Shown piece by piece: positions 48,322 to 61,627 of a DNA stretch of 64,000 nt. The notes under the pieces were generated by a model. That model was not told the DNA's origin, did no database searches, and saw only the letters and a program-made list of their open reading frames with translations. The DNA comes from an uncultured Methanoregulaceae archaeon (lineage in GTDB: Archaea > Halobacteriota > Methanomicrobia > Methanomicrobiales > Methanospirillaceae), in the NCBI GenBank assembly GCA_963701095.1, contig OY969564.1:1952001-2016000 (forward strand). Direction: 5' to 3'. Position 1 is the stretch's first letter; every line of letters starts with the position of its first letter. A program made the translations under genes and the position numbers.

Positions 48322-49287
48322 TCAGATCTGCCTGAGATTTCCGCGTTGTTTTACAAACCGGTCCCAGTTCCACGGTTCGTCAAGTACGTTTACCCTCACA
48401 TGCTCGATACCGCAGATCCCGAGTGCTTTTCGCTGCACCTGTCCGGAAAGGTGATCGGAGAGGGGGCAGGCTTTACAGGTAAGCACCATGTCGATCTCCA
48501 CGCTGGTGCCCTTTACCCGTATTTCTTTTATTAGTCCGAGGTCGACAATGTCTATGCCCACCTCAGGATCAATTACTTCCTTCAATGCATTCCGAATCTC
48601 GTTCTCGCAGACGATCTCCTGGCGGGCCGCAGGGGATATTGGGTTTGGCTGTGCCTGCTCGAACGTGCGGAGTCTCTCTTCAAGCTGGTTCTGCCGGTCC
48701 AGCAGCCGGCTGACCACGCGGAGCATGGGATCAGGCATAACTTCTTCGATTGTCTCGTCCGGCGATCCATGTTCCGGACCGGCGATCCTGCCCGGGACAC
48801 CGACAACCGTTGCGCCTGACGGGACGGACCTGACTACGACTGATCCGGCACCGACTTTCGCCCCCCTGCCTATACGGATGGGACCGAGGACGATAGATCC
48901 GGATCCAAGGATCACATCACCCTCTATAGTTGGGTGACGTTTCACGTTCTCGAGCGCTGTACCCCCAAGCACGACACCCATGTAGATGAGGACATCATTT
49001 CCAATCTCGGCTGTCTCTCCGATAACAACTCCCATACCATGATCGATAACCACCCGGCGGCCAATCACTGCACCGGGATGGATCTCAATCCCGGTAAGGA
49101 ACCTGCCTATATGGGAGACGAACCGGGCCCAGAATTTGAAGTTATGGATCCAGAGCCAGTGAGCCCTCCGGTGGATCCAGAGCGCATGAAGCCCTGGATA
49201 ACAGAAAAGGACTTCAGAGGTGGAGCGGGCAGCAGGGTCCTTGGAAAATATTGCCTGGATGTCTTCCCGGAGGCGGTCAAAAACCAT
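48322..49287 (-). CDS. cysE: Serine O-acetyltransferase fused to a C-terminal DUF59 (SufT/MIP18) domain
   Basis: DPAARS, YPGLHA, IEIHPGA, IDHGMG, KRHPT; then [13 protein letters not shown]...LTCKACP. Confidence 0.93.
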   Translation of the reverse strand: MVFDRLREDIQAIFSKDPAARSTSEVLFCYPGLHALWIHRRAHWLWIHNFKFWARFVSHIGRFLTGIEIHPGAVIGRRVVIDHGMGVVIGETAEIGNDVLIYMGVVLGGTALENVKRHPTIEGDVILGSGSIVLGPIRIGRGAKVGAGSVVVRSVPSGATVVGVPGRIAGPEHGSPDETIEEVMPDPMLRVVSRLLDRQNQLEERLRTFEQAQPNPISPAARQEIVCENEIRNALKEVIDPEVGIDIVDLGLIKEIRVKGTSVEIDMVLTCKACPLSDHLSGQVQRKALGICGIEHVRVNVLDEPWNWDRFVKQRGNLRQI

Positions 49288-49298
49288 GGTAGTCTCAC

Positions 49299-50231
49299 TT
49301 ATTCCACAAACAGATCCGGGATACTTAAGTACCGTTCCCCGGTATCTGGCAGGATAACCACAATAAGCTTACCCTTGTTTTCCGGGCGTGATGCCACTTC
49401 AAGAGCGGCATAGGTCGCTGCGCCACTGGAGATCCCGGCAAGAATACCCTCCTCTTTAGCCAGTCTTCGTGTCGTTTCAAAGGCGTCCTCATTCTTAACA
49501 CGGATAATCTCGTCCACGAGCTCGCGTTTGAGTACTGCGGGGACGAAACCAGCACCGATACCTTGGATGCGGTGTGGGCCGGGAAACCCGCCGGAGAGCA
49601 CCGGTGAAGCATCAGGTTCGACGGCGATTGCGCGGAATGAGGGCTTTTTCTTCTTGATCACATCTGCAATACCGGTAATTGTTCCTCCGGTTCCCACGCC
49701 GGCCACGAGGATATCGACTTTTCCGTCGGTATCGCGCCAGATCTCCTCGGCAGTAGTCTTCCGGTGAATTGCCGGGTTTGCCAGGTTGTTAAACTGCTGG
49801 GGGATGTAAAAGTACTTCGGGTTCTCTGCTGCCATTTTCTCGGCTCTTGAGACAGCTCCCTTCATACCCTCCGCACCGGGTGTAAGAACCAGCTCTGCAC
49901 CGAATGCTTTTGCCAGTCTCCGCCTCTCGACACTCATGGTCTCCGGCATCACCAGCGTGAGTTTGTATCCCCGTGCAGCACTTACGAATGCAAGGGCGAT
50001 ACCGGTATTACCGCTTGTTGGTTCGAGGATGATCGTATCTTTTTTGATCAATCCTTGCTTTTCGGCCTCATCGAGCATCGCAACCCCGATACGGTCCTTG
50101 ACACTGCTCAGAGGGTTGAACGATTCAAGCTTTACAAAAACCGTTGCGCCAGAACCCTTACTCAGACGGTTCAGCCGTACAAGCGGCGTGTTGCCAATCG
50201 TTGCTGTAATATTTTCGTAGATCTTTGCCAT
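49299..50231 (-). CDS. cysK: Cysteine synthase A (O-acetylserine sulfhydrylase)
   Basis: [33 protein letters not shown]. Confidence 0.96.
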   Translation of the reverse strand: MAKIYENITATIGNTPLVRLNRLSKGSGATVFVKLESFNPLSSVKDRIGVAMLDEAEKQGLIKKDTIILEPTSGNTGIALAFVSAARGYKLTLVMPETMSVERRRLAKAFGAELVLTPGAEGMKGAVSRAEKMAAENPKYFYIPQQFNNLANPAIHRKTTAEEIWRDTDGKVDILVAGVGTGGTITGIADVIKKKKPSFRAIAVEPDASPVLSGGFPGPHRIQGIGAGFVPAVLKRELVDEIIRVKNEDAFETTRRLAKEEGILAGISSGAATYAALEVASRPENKGKLIVVILPDTGERYLSIPDLFVE

Positions 50232-50286
50232 TCCGTTTCCCTTCCTGACTCTGGAATCTCCCTAGGATCTGGTGAGGTTCCGGAAG

Positions 50287-50300
50287 TTCACAATTGTTAA
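50287..50300. promoter_or_regulatory. Putative operator TTCACAATTGTTAA at the cysK promoter
   Basis: Near-palindrome between a minus-strand TATA-like box (~50315-50322) and the cysK start; recurs at 52912 and 54701. Confidence 0.7.
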
Positions 50301-50989
50301 TTGTCCGGAGCCAGTTATTATACCTTGTTTTCCAGCAAAAACTGCATTCCTGATCAGGATTTATGAATAATACTCTTACGAAGATTGACATTTAGCGGCA
50401 AAATATGACGCAAAATCAGGATATAATACATCTCCCGCCTCATATTACGTGTTCACACCTCTGAACAGGAAGACAGTCATGAACACACACCGCGCGAATA
50501 CCGCTGGACTCTCATCAGGCCCGGATGCACCCCGGTCGTTGCCCGTGTCTTTTCCGGCATTGTACCGGTAAGACCTGTGGAACAGTTCACTCGTATCAGG
50601 GGCTCAGGGCAGTATTGTTGTCCCTTGGAGCTCGCTAGAACAGGTTCACCAGTGACTGCATTCCTCATAATCCGCGGAATACCTGCAGTCCTTGGTATGG
50701 GTCCGTGAGAATCAATCCTGATTTCATGTCCTCGACCTCAACCAAATAGGACCATATAGAAGCACCTCGGCTGTCAAGGTCGATATCACCAGCCGTAATA
50801 AAGCCTCATGCACCACAAACACACAAACTCCGATACCACACCCGGGAGATTTGTTAGTATTTCCAGGTGAAACGTAATTTTTTCCACCTATGTTTAGACT
50901 CAATCTAGATCTATTGCAGAAAAAGTGAATATCACGAAGAAGAGTAATCCAACCTGAATATATTCGGGAAACGAGTCCATTGAAAAAGG

Positions 50990-51062
50990 GCCGGTGTGGC
51001 AGAGCGGTTAATGCCTTCGCCTGCAAAGCGAATGCGTGGGGGTTCGACTCCCTCCGCCGGCG
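50990..51062 (+). tRNA. tRNA-Cys(GCA) #3, atypical (A37, apparent G73), directly upstream of cysS
   Basis: GCCGGTG/CGCCGGC acceptor, D-stem GCA/TGC, anticodon arm TTCGC-CTGCAAA-GCGAA, T-arm GGGGG-TTCGACT-CCCTC. Confidence 0.9.
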
Positions 51063-51082
51063 TAAAAATGAGGATCACTGCC

Positions 51083-52343
51083 ATGGAACTGTACAGTACA
51101 TTATCAAGAACTGTTGAACCGTTTGCGACACTTCATCCGGACAGGGTGACGCTCTTTGTTTGCGGTCCGACAGTATACGATTATTCACATCTTGGTCATG
51201 CCCGGACCTATGTTGTCTTTGACGTCCTTACAAAATATCTTAGGTTGACGGGTAAAGAGGTGTTCTATCTCCAGAATATAACAGACGTCGATGACAAAAT
51301 CATCTACCGTGCAAAGGAAGAAGGGCTGTCCCAGAGCCTTCTGGCTAGGAAGTTTGAGACCGAGTACCTCCGAGACATGCGTTCCCTTGGGATTGATGCT
51401 GTTAGTTATTATGCCCGGGCCACAACTCACATCCCCGAGATAATCAACCAGGTGAAACGGTTGGTCGATCGGAATGTAGCATACGTCACCGAAACCGGAG
51501 TCTACTTCAATCTCGACTCGTTTAGACACAACGGGGAACTTTCAGGACAGGAACGGGCAAAGCGTGTCAGCCGCGTTAACGATTCGACAAAGCACAATCC
51601 CTTGGATTTTGCGCTCTGGAAACTGGGTGAATTCGGGGAATATACTTGGGACTCCCCATGGGGGCGGGGACGACCAGGCTGGCATATCGAGGACACAGTG
51701 TATCTCAGAGAAGTACTTCGGGCAGCAGTACGATATTCATGGGGGGGGATTAGATCTGATATTCCCTCATCATGAGGCAGAGATCGCGCAGATGGAGTCT
51801 CTGGAAGGAAAGCACCCGATGGTGAGATACTGGCTGCACACGGGTTTCCTCACGGTAAAAGGTGAGAAAATGTCCAAATCCCTCGGGAACTTTATCACGA
51901 TCAGGAACGCCCTCAAAACATGGAATAAGGATATACTCCGGTATTACTTTTTGCTCTCCCACTACCGGTCCCCACTTCAGGCAACTGACGAAGGTTTTGC
52001 TAACGCCGCCCGAGGTCTCGATCATATACGGGCTGTTGCAACTAAAGATAAAGGAGCGGACGCGAAGGGAAGGAGAGCCTTTATCGACGCTATGGAGTCT
52101 GATCTCAATACACCTATGGCCCTTGCTGCAATCCAGGCACTTGCGGTGAGTAGAGATCTTGAGGCGTTGCGCGAGTACGGAGAGATCCTCGGGATCAATT
52201 TTCTCCGCGAGACCAGTGCCCCCCTCAGTGTTCTTCAGGATATCCGGGCAGAACTACGGGCGAAAAAACAGTTTGGTATAGCAGATTTGATCCGTCAACG
52301 AATGGTAGCTGCGGGAATACCAATTACTGATGGACCACTCTGA
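51083..52343 (+). CDS. cysS: Cysteinyl-tRNA synthetase (one extra base at 51698-51701)
   Basis: CGPTVY, HLGH, DFALWK, GRPGWHIEDT | DIHGGG.DLIFPHHEAE, KMSKS, AD.IR anticodon-binding motif. Confidence 0.93.
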
Positions 52344-52594
52344 TTGGGTTCCCCCTTTCATCAGCTTTTTGGAATCCGGAACTGCGAAATGCTCCCGAGA
52401 TTACACATATACTTAAACGCTCAATGGTGTTGCCAAAGTTCACATACGGGCGGGGAATTAAATTCATTCCTTTACCGGGAACGTGAAAGATTCAGTGAGG
52501 AGGAAAATAAAAAAATCGCGGGGGAAACAGTGGGTAACAGGTTCACCACTGCCTTAGGAAATAGAGGAACGTGCATGTAGAGGCATAGGACACA

Positions 52595-52848
52595 TCATGC
52601 AGTAACCGCCTCTTCCAGCGGCTTGGTGTTCAGGCCGTACAGACTCTGCCTTGCATCGATGAAATAATAATGTTCAATCAAGAACTTTTCATCTTTGAGC
52701 CTGTTCAATGCATACCGCACAGTTCGGGACGGCAGGGCGGTCTCACGGATGAGATCCTTCTGCGTCAGCTGACCATTCGTTTCCAATACTTTATACACGA
52801 GCTTTGCCGATGGCGGCAGGTGCCTGATCCGTGCGAATGATCCTCCAT
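52595..52848 (-). CDS. Winged-HTH transcription regulator (apparent 1-nt deletion near the start)
   Basis: LPPSAKLVYKVL...LTQKDL..ET.LP.RTVRYAL..L...DARQSLY; ATG at 52848 is one base out of frame. Confidence 0.8.
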
Positions 52849-52911
52849 TCGCGCTTACATTATTTTCGACAAAAACGATCCCTCATAGTGGATCACCATA
52901 GAACGTAAGAG

Positions 52912-52925
52912 TTCACAATTGTTAA
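52912..52925. promoter_or_regulatory. Putative operator TTCACAATTGTTAA upstream of the regulator
   Basis: 16-mer AGTTCACAATTGTTAA identical to the cysK site; overlaps a minus-strand BRE/TATA-like CGAAAGACTTAACAA. Confidence 0.7.
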
Positions 52926-53465
52926 GTCTTTCGTTTCAGGACCCATTCGTTCGATGCATTCAAACTTCATTTTCATGAAAGACACATATCAAAAAATAAA
53001 GGTATATCTGCTTTTTAAAGCAGGAAAAAGCCATATTCTCCCCCGAATAATCTCACCGGGAGAATATCCGATCTTTATCCTTTTCTGTGACACCGATCCC
53101 AGTGTCTCAAAATAGAGTACCAGATCCGGATCTTACTGATAAACCATGGCGTAGAAATCAGGGTATTGATTCCCATGCGTTCAATTTCCGGGAGAAGATC
53201 TTCCCATTCACAAAAAACAAGACGAGATTTTATCACGCATGAAGAGCGTGAAAGCCCATAACCGGAAAGAGAGTGAAGTTTCCCAGCCATATTGCTTGGA
53301 GAACCTTCCGGCGCTCATAACAGATTCCGACAAGGCAATTTTATGTTGATAATGATAGTACGGTGTTTGTATCTTCAGTTTAATGAGATCCCGATGATAA
53401 TGCTGATCTGAGAAACATTTTCTGGTTTTTCCAGAAATTTCCCATTAAAGTGGAGTAGATCAATT

Positions 53466-54329
53466 ATGACATCCCAAGAAAAGGATGAACACATCCTGGA
53501 AGCTGTTGGACGGTCCCGGATTGTCATCCGGAACGGAACCATTGTGGAAATTGGAGAAGCAAAGATTACGGAATGCCCGCTGGCCAAACGTTTTGCGTAT
53601 CCTGTCCCCCGGATCACACAAGAAGCAGTAAAAGCTAACATCGAGCACCGGATGAAAGCATTCGGCATGTGCACATCCCGGAGAGACGTACTTGATATGC
53701 GCGAATTCGTAGGGTTCGGTGCCACAGAGTTGCTTGGTTTCGCATCACATGTGGGTTTGATCGATGCGGCTGTACTCGCGTGTGACGGTGCCGGGACAGT
53801 CATTGTGAGAAAACCCGCCCTTATCCAGGGAGTCGGCGGAAGGATGTCCGGGCTTATCTCTACGAGCCCTATCAAAGAGGTTATTCAACGCATCGAAGAA
53901 AGTGGCGGTATTGTTGTGGATAAAACCCACGCAGCACTCGATCAGTTTAGCGGTGTAAAACGAGCTTACCAAGAAGGCTTCAAAAAAGTGGCTGTTACTG
54001 TAGCAAGACCTGAAGTCGCAGTGCGTATTCACCAGGAATACCCTAATACCATCATCTTTGGTGTCCATGTCACAGGTCTCACCGAAGAGGAGACAGAAGC
54101 AATGGTGGGAGTTGCGGATCTTATGACTGCATGTGCCTCTAAAACCGTGCGACAGATAGCAGGTGCTAAGGCACTTCTTCAAGCAGGAGTTTCCGTTCCT
54201 ATATTTGCCCTAACAAAGCGAGGAAAAGAAATCATTATTGAAAAGATTCGTCAAACGGAAGAACAGGTTCTGATAAAACCTACAAAGCTTCCGGCTCTTG
54301 GCGAAAAACAGCCCGACCCGCTGGTCTGA
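53466..54329 (+). CDS. Methanogenesis marker protein 8 (DUF2099)
   Basis: DEHILEAVG, CPL, FGMCT, ACDGAGT, GGRMSGL, GVH.TG, ACASK. Confidence 0.85.
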   Translation: MTSQEKDEHILEAVGRSRIVIRNGTIVEIGEAKITECPLAKRFAYPVPRITQEAVKANIEHRMKAFGMCTSRRDVLDMREFVGFGATELLGFASHVGLIDAAVLACDGAGTVIVRKPALIQGVGGRMSGLISTSPIKEVIQRIEESGGIVVDKTHAALDQFSGVKRAYQEGFKKVAVTVARPEVAVRIHQEYPNTIIFGVHVTGLTEEETEAMVGVADLMTACASKTVRQIAGAKALLQAGVSVPIFALTKRGKEIIIEKIRQTEEQVLIKPTKLPALGEKQPDPLV

Positions 54330-54699
54330 AATAATGAGATATTTTTTTTTAATTTGATGTTTTTAGTTTTTGAGATCCTCTATTTTTGCAAATTCAGACA
54401 TGCCAGTGATGAGGAATTGTCTCGAAAATAAAATACCGGTGACTTATCTGCATGATTGTGTTGAGGTCCTGTTGATGCTAAGAACCGAGAAAGTGACGGA
54501 TCACTTTAAGCCGTCTGTTGAAGAAGGATCCGGCCTTTGTTTTATTACTCCAGATAATAAATCATACGCGCCCAATATATCTTAACTGTATTCAAAATCC
54601 GGCCTCAAAAACACAGTTTTAGGTCTGTAATTCAGATCAGGAAAAAGTCGCCGAATACAGAACTTATAAATAATCACGATTGTTATCTATTATGGTCGT

Positions 54700-54715
54700 A
54701 TTCACAATTGTGAAT
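54700..54715. promoter_or_regulatory. Perfect palindrome ATTCACAATTGTGAAT upstream of tRNA-Cys #2/pscS
   Basis: Downstream of TTATAAATA (54664-54672); weaker copy ATCACGATTGTTAT at ~54673-54686. Confidence 0.75.
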
Positions 54716-54723
54716 GTGGCTAT

Positions 54724-54795
54724 GCCAAGGTGGCGGAGTGGCTACGCGGCTGACTGCAGATCAGCTACAACCCGGTTCGAATCCGGGCCTTGGCT
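54724..54795 (+). tRNA. tRNA-Cys(GCA) #2 (G37, U73), directly upstream of pscS
   Basis: GCCAAGG/CCTTGGC, anticodon arm GCTGA-CTGCAGA-TCAGC, T-arm CCCGG-TTCGAAT-CCGGG. Confidence 0.97.
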
Positions 54796-54808
54796 TCGAG
54801 GTGTTCCC

Positions 54809-57570
<2,762 letters not shown>

Positions 57571-57573
57571 AGT

Positions 57574-59055
57574 ATGAATATGCTCCGTGGCTCTCTAGGC
57601 ATTGTCAGGACAGAACACGCAGACCTCTCCGGTTCACTCACCCTTGAAAGCGGAGAAGTGCTCTCCAACCTGACAATAGCCTATGAAACCTACGGCAAGC
57701 TCAACAAAGAAAAAAGCAACGCTATCCTTATCTGCCATGCTTTATCCGGGGACGCCCATATAGCCGGGTTTCACGAAGGGGACGACAAGCCCGGCTGGTG
57801 GGACACTGTTGTCGGGCCCGGTAAGGCATTTGATACGGATCGCTATTTTGTGATCTGCAGCAATGTTCTGGGAGGATGTAAAGGCTCAACCGGCCCTTCT
57901 TCAGTCAATACGGAGACCGGCAAACCTTTTGGTACAAGGTTCCCGGTCATTACCATCAGGGACATGGTCAACGCCCAGAAACTTCTTCTTGACTATCTCG
58001 GCATTACCGAATTGTATGCTGTAGTCGGGGGATCAATGGGAGGCATGCAGGCTCTCCAGTGGACGGTATCGTATCCGGACATGATAAAAAAGGCAATCGT
58101 TATTGCCGCGACCGGATACTCGACTCCCCAGCAGATTGCCTTTAACGAGGTTGGCAGGAAAGCCATTATCTCCGACCCTGACTGGAATAACGGGAACTAT
58201 TACGGCAAACGAGTTCCCACACACGGTCTAGCGTTGGCACGGATGGTGGGCCATATCACGTACCTCTCTGATGAATCAATGCATGCAAAGTTCGGGAGGG
58301 CACTCCAGGGAAAGGACCATGTCGGGTTTGATTTCTCGACTGAGTTTGCCGTAGAAAGTTACCTCCACCACCAGGGGGATACATTCACAAAACGGTTCGA
58401 TGCAAATTCGTATCTGTATATTACAAAAGCGATCGATTACTTCGACCTTACAAAGGATGGCTCGCTCGCGACCGGGCTCTCTGCCGTGAAAGCGTCTTTT
58501 TTCATTCTTTCAGTCTCGTCGGACTGGCTCTATCCTCCCTATCAGTCGCAGGAAATTGTGACAGCACTTACCGCTAATGAACGCGAGGTGCATTACTGCG
58601 AGATCCGTTCGAACTACGGTCATGATGCGTTCCTGCTCGAATCAGGTCAGCTCAATTACCTGATTACCCGGTTCCTGTCGCATACCGTTGTCGGGGACGT
58701 GATGACCCGGGAGGTCGAATGCATCGAAGAGGGTACCACAATCGCGGTAACTGCCCGGAGAATGATCAAGTGCAGTGTCAACCACCTGCCGGTTCTTTCC
58801 GCTACCGGCCAGCTCGTAGGAATCGTTACCTCGTGGGATATCGCAAAGGCAGTGGCGTCCAATTTTCTCTGGCTCGACGAGATCATGAGCCGGGATGTGG
58901 TTACGACAACCAAGAAGGAGCCCGTTGAGGAGGCGGCTAGGAAAATGGAGGACCATTCAATCTCTGCCCTGCCCGTTGTCGACAACGACCGGCACGTTAT
59001 AGGCCTTATCACGAGCGATGCGATCAGTACTCTCGTCGGGAGACAAACACCGTGA
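57574..59055 (+). CDS. metX: Homoserine O-acyltransferase with C-terminal tandem CBS domains
   Basis: CHALSGD, GGSMGG, FDANSY, YGHDAFL followed by two CBS repeats. Confidence 0.93.
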   Translation: MNMLRGSLGIVRTEHADLSGSLTLESGEVLSNLTIAYETYGKLNKEKSNAILICHALSGDAHIAGFHEGDDKPGWWDTVVGPGKAFDTDRYFVICSNVLGGCKGSTGPSSVNTETGKPFGTRFPVITIRDMVNAQKLLLDYLGITELYAVVGGSMGGMQALQWTVSYPDMIKKAIVIAATGYSTPQQIAFNEVGRKAIISDPDWNNGNYYGKRVPTHGLALARMVGHITYLSDESMHAKFGRALQGKDHVGFDFSTEFAVESYLHHQGDTFTKRFDANSYLYITKAIDYFDLTKDGSLATGLSAVKASFFILSVSSDWLYPPYQSQEIVTALTANEREVHYCEIRSNYGHDAFLLESGQLNYLITRFLSHTVVGDVMTREVECIEEGTTIAVTARRMIKCSVNHLPVLSATGQLVGIVTSWDIAKAVASNFLWLDEIMSRDVVTTTKKEPVEEAARKMEDHSISALPVVDNDRHVIGLITSDAISTLVGRQTP

Positions 59056-59096
59056 AAATCCCCACTAATCAGGAAGAACCAGGGACAAACGTGAAC

Positions 59097-60209
59097 ATGG
59101 CAAAAAAGTGGTTGGTCCGGTACTCGGAGATATTCTTAAAATCAGATCCGGTACGCCGGCAATGGGAACGGGTCCTGATAAACAACATCCGGCAGCTTAT
59201 ACCCGATTTGAAGATCAAAAGTGAACGCGGCAGAATATGGATCACCGGGAATCTCGATCCCGAAAAACTTAGGCATGTATTTGGGATCGTTTCATTCTCA
59301 GAAGTCGAACATGTACCCCATGATTTACCGCTGGAAACAGCACTTATTGAATATTGCAGGACACACGGTCTTCCCGGCGCGAAGACATTTGCACTGCGCA
59401 TCAAAAGGGTAGGAAAACACAGTTTTTCCTCGAACGATAAGGCGATCGAACTTGGCGATGTAGTCCGGAAAGCATTCCCTCACCTGAAGGTGAACCTTGC
59501 TGTCCCAGACGTTGAAATCCATATTGAAATCCGGCAGGATGAATGTTATCTCTACGATAAAGTGATAAAAGGGTCCGGCGGTCTTCCTCTTGGGGTAGAG
59601 GGAACGCTTGTTGCACTTGTCTCGGGAGGCATCGATTCCCCGGTTGCGGCATGGATGATGATGAAACGGGGCTGCAGGATCGTGCCGATCTATGTGGCGC
59701 TCGATACCTTCCTTGACGAAACCGTCTTGACCCGGGCCGAACGGGTAGTTGAAGTGTTACGGAAGTACCAGCCCGACATCCGGCTCCGGGTGATACATGA
59801 CACCTACCTAGCGGCAGCAAAAAAGGAGCTGATCAGAAACCGGCAGGAGAAGTATACCTGCATCTTTTGCAAACGCCGGATGTACCGGATTGCGCAGGCT
59901 GTTGCACAAGAAATAGGGGCAAAAGGTATCGTGAACGGTGAGTCGCTTGGACAGGTAGCAAGCCAGACCCTCGACAATCTGGTGGTCCTCTCAGATGCCG
60001 CAGAGATCCCGGTTTATCGTCCCCTCATCGGGTTTGACAAGGCAGATGCGATAGCAATCGCCCGGGATATCGGAACCTACGAAGAGTCAACAAGTAAAGC
60101 TACCGGCTGCAAGGCTGTGCCAAAGGGACCATCCACGAAAGCTCACCTGAAGGAGATCCTTGAGATGGAAAAGAATATGGAAGCGACGAAAATACCACTA
60201 CCTGTGTGA
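59097..60209 (+). CDS. thiI: tRNA 4-thiouridine synthase ThiI (no rhodanese domain)
   Basis: THUMP region, SGGIDSPVA, CIFCKR, GESLGQVASQT, C-terminal GC. Confidence 0.93.
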   Translation: MAKKWLVRYSEIFLKSDPVRRQWERVLINNIRQLIPDLKIKSERGRIWITGNLDPEKLRHVFGIVSFSEVEHVPHDLPLETALIEYCRTHGLPGAKTFALRIKRVGKHSFSSNDKAIELGDVVRKAFPHLKVNLAVPDVEIHIEIRQDECYLYDKVIKGSGGLPLGVEGTLVALVSGGIDSPVAAWMMMKRGCRIVPIYVALDTFLDETVLTRAERVVEVLRKYQPDIRLRVIHDTYLAAAKKELIRNRQEKYTCIFCKRRMYRIAQAVAQEIGAKGIVNGESLGQVASQTLDNLVVLSDAAEIPVYRPLIGFDKADAIAIARDIGTYEESTSKATGCKAVPKGPSTKAHLKEILEMEKNMEATKIPLPV

Positions 60210-60274
60210 CAAGTATTCGGGATCACACAGACTCTCCTTAAATCAAGGGTCCCCCTCTCGCCTTTCCCCGGCGC

Positions 60275-61027
60275 ATGAATAAATCCATATCTTTTAACAA
60301 CACCCAGAGTACCATTATGCCATCTCCCATGGTCGGGCGGAAATTTGGTGTCGGTGCAATCACCGCACCGGACCCCGCAAACGTGCAGGGCACAAGAGTG
60401 GTAGGGATCTCTGGATCGAGCCGGCAGGAACCGGGGATGTCCAAGTCAGAACGCCTGCTCATCGAAGCTCTCGACCGGTGCACTGCACTCGGTTGCGAAA
60501 CGAAGTTTATCCGGCTCAAAGACCTTAAAATATATGATTGTGAAGGAAATTATTCCGAGAACCCGGAATACTGTACCTATCCCTGCCAGTCTTCGATGAA
60601 ATACGTGGACGACGAAATGGATAAAGTATATGCAGCGATTCTGGACTGTGATGTCCTTTTCCTTGCCACGCCCATCAGATGGAATAATCACTCAGCACTT
60701 GTCCAGAAATTTATCGAACGGATGAACTGCATCGAGAACCAGTACTCGTGGTTTGGCAACCGGATGATCAAAAATAAAGTCGTGGCGCTCATCATCATTG
60801 GCCATGTAGACGGTATGCAACACGTAGCAGGCAACCTCCTGAATTTTTTTGCATGGCTGGGTTTTCACAGCCCTGAAGTTTCTATCGCCTCTTGGGTAGG
60901 AGAGAATAATGAGGATACGACACGGGATTGGGAGCTGATAGAGAAAAACCAGTACACTCAGGAAGATCTCACGGATATGGTCCATAACTCGTTACGCCTT
61001 GCGTGCAGCCTGAAACGGCAGATCTGA
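60275..61027 (+). CDS. Flavodoxin / iron-sulfur flavoprotein-like protein
   Basis: GISGSSR, CEGNYS...CTYPC, ATPIRW; start uncertain. Confidence 0.8.
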   Translation: MNKSISFNNTQSTIMPSPMVGRKFGVGAITAPDPANVQGTRVVGISGSSRQEPGMSKSERLLIEALDRCTALGCETKFIRLKDLKIYDCEGNYSENPEYCTYPCQSSMKYVDDEMDKVYAAILDCDVLFLATPIRWNNHSALVQKFIERMNCIENQYSWFGNRMIKNKVVALIIIGHVDGMQHVAGNLLNFFAWLGFHSPEVSIASWVGENNEDTTRDWELIEKNQYTQEDLTDMVHNSLRLACSLKRQI

Positions 61028-61108
61028 CTGAAGAAGATATACTCCCGCTGTTACCGGATCATCGTTCCTATGAAGGATAATCAGGATCGTATATTGAAAA
61101 AAACGTTA

Positions 61109-61513
61109 TCAGAGGAGTTTTGAACCGGCCGTCGCTCCAGGTTTACATTCAAAAACATCGGTAATCTTTACAATGAGAAGCGACCGTGCAGGAAGCGCTG
61201 GGTTTTTCTTGTTAATCTTATCCTTCATCTCGTCGTATTCCTTGCCGCTCGTTTTGATGGTGACATGCCCTTTAATCTGGAAACACCCTTTGATTTCCGG
61301 GCCCCAGACATAGAGTGCGATTTTCGGGTTTGCCTTGAGATTATCAAGGGTTTTATTCATGAAATTGTCCGTAATCCAGATCGTATCATCGCTGATAAGC
61401 TCGACTATCCCGATCGGGATAACATTTGGTGTGCCATCTTTGGCTGCGGTCGCTACCGGGAAGATTTTCATTTTCAGAAAGGCTTCTTTCATGTCAGCGG
61501 TTAATTTTGCCAT
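61109..61513 (-). CDS. Pyridoxamine 5'-phosphate oxidase-like protein (paralog of 29486-29884)
   Basis: ATAAKDGTPNV, KTLDNLKANP, FQIKG. Confidence 0.85.
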   Translation of the reverse strand: MAKLTADMKEAFLKMKIFPVATAAKDGTPNVIPIGIVELISDDTIWITDNFMNKTLDNLKANPKIALYVWGPEIKGCFQIKGHVTIKTSGKEYDEMKDKINKKNPALPARSLLIVKITDVFECKPGATAGSKLL

Positions 61514-61627
61514 AATGAATGCACCGATCTCTTCCTCTGCGCCCCACTCGTATAAACCTTAGTATCAAGAAAGCAAGCCGGTCACCCGAAACCGTTTTAC
61601 GCTCCTCCCGGCAAGTGACTAGATTAC

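Noticed and set aside
50400..50980. Short ORFs or a structured RNA between cysK and tRNA-Cys #3
   Set aside because: No recognisable motif or convincing fold; possibly decayed sequence
50996..51082. N-terminal extension of the CysRS ORF in the ORF track
   Set aside because: It runs through the tRNA-Cys gene; the likely start is ATG 51083 after GAGG
14060..52850. Programmed ribosomal frameshifting as the cause of the split genes
   Set aside because: No shared slippery sequence, mixed directions and unrelated genes; sequencing indels are more parsimonious
53075..53290. 71-aa minus-strand ORF between the regulator and marker 8
   Set aside because: No recognisable motif or supporting signals
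54680..54808. N-terminal extension of the SepCysS ORF in the ORF track
   Set aside because: It overlaps the operator and tRNA-Cys #2; the likely start is ATG 54809
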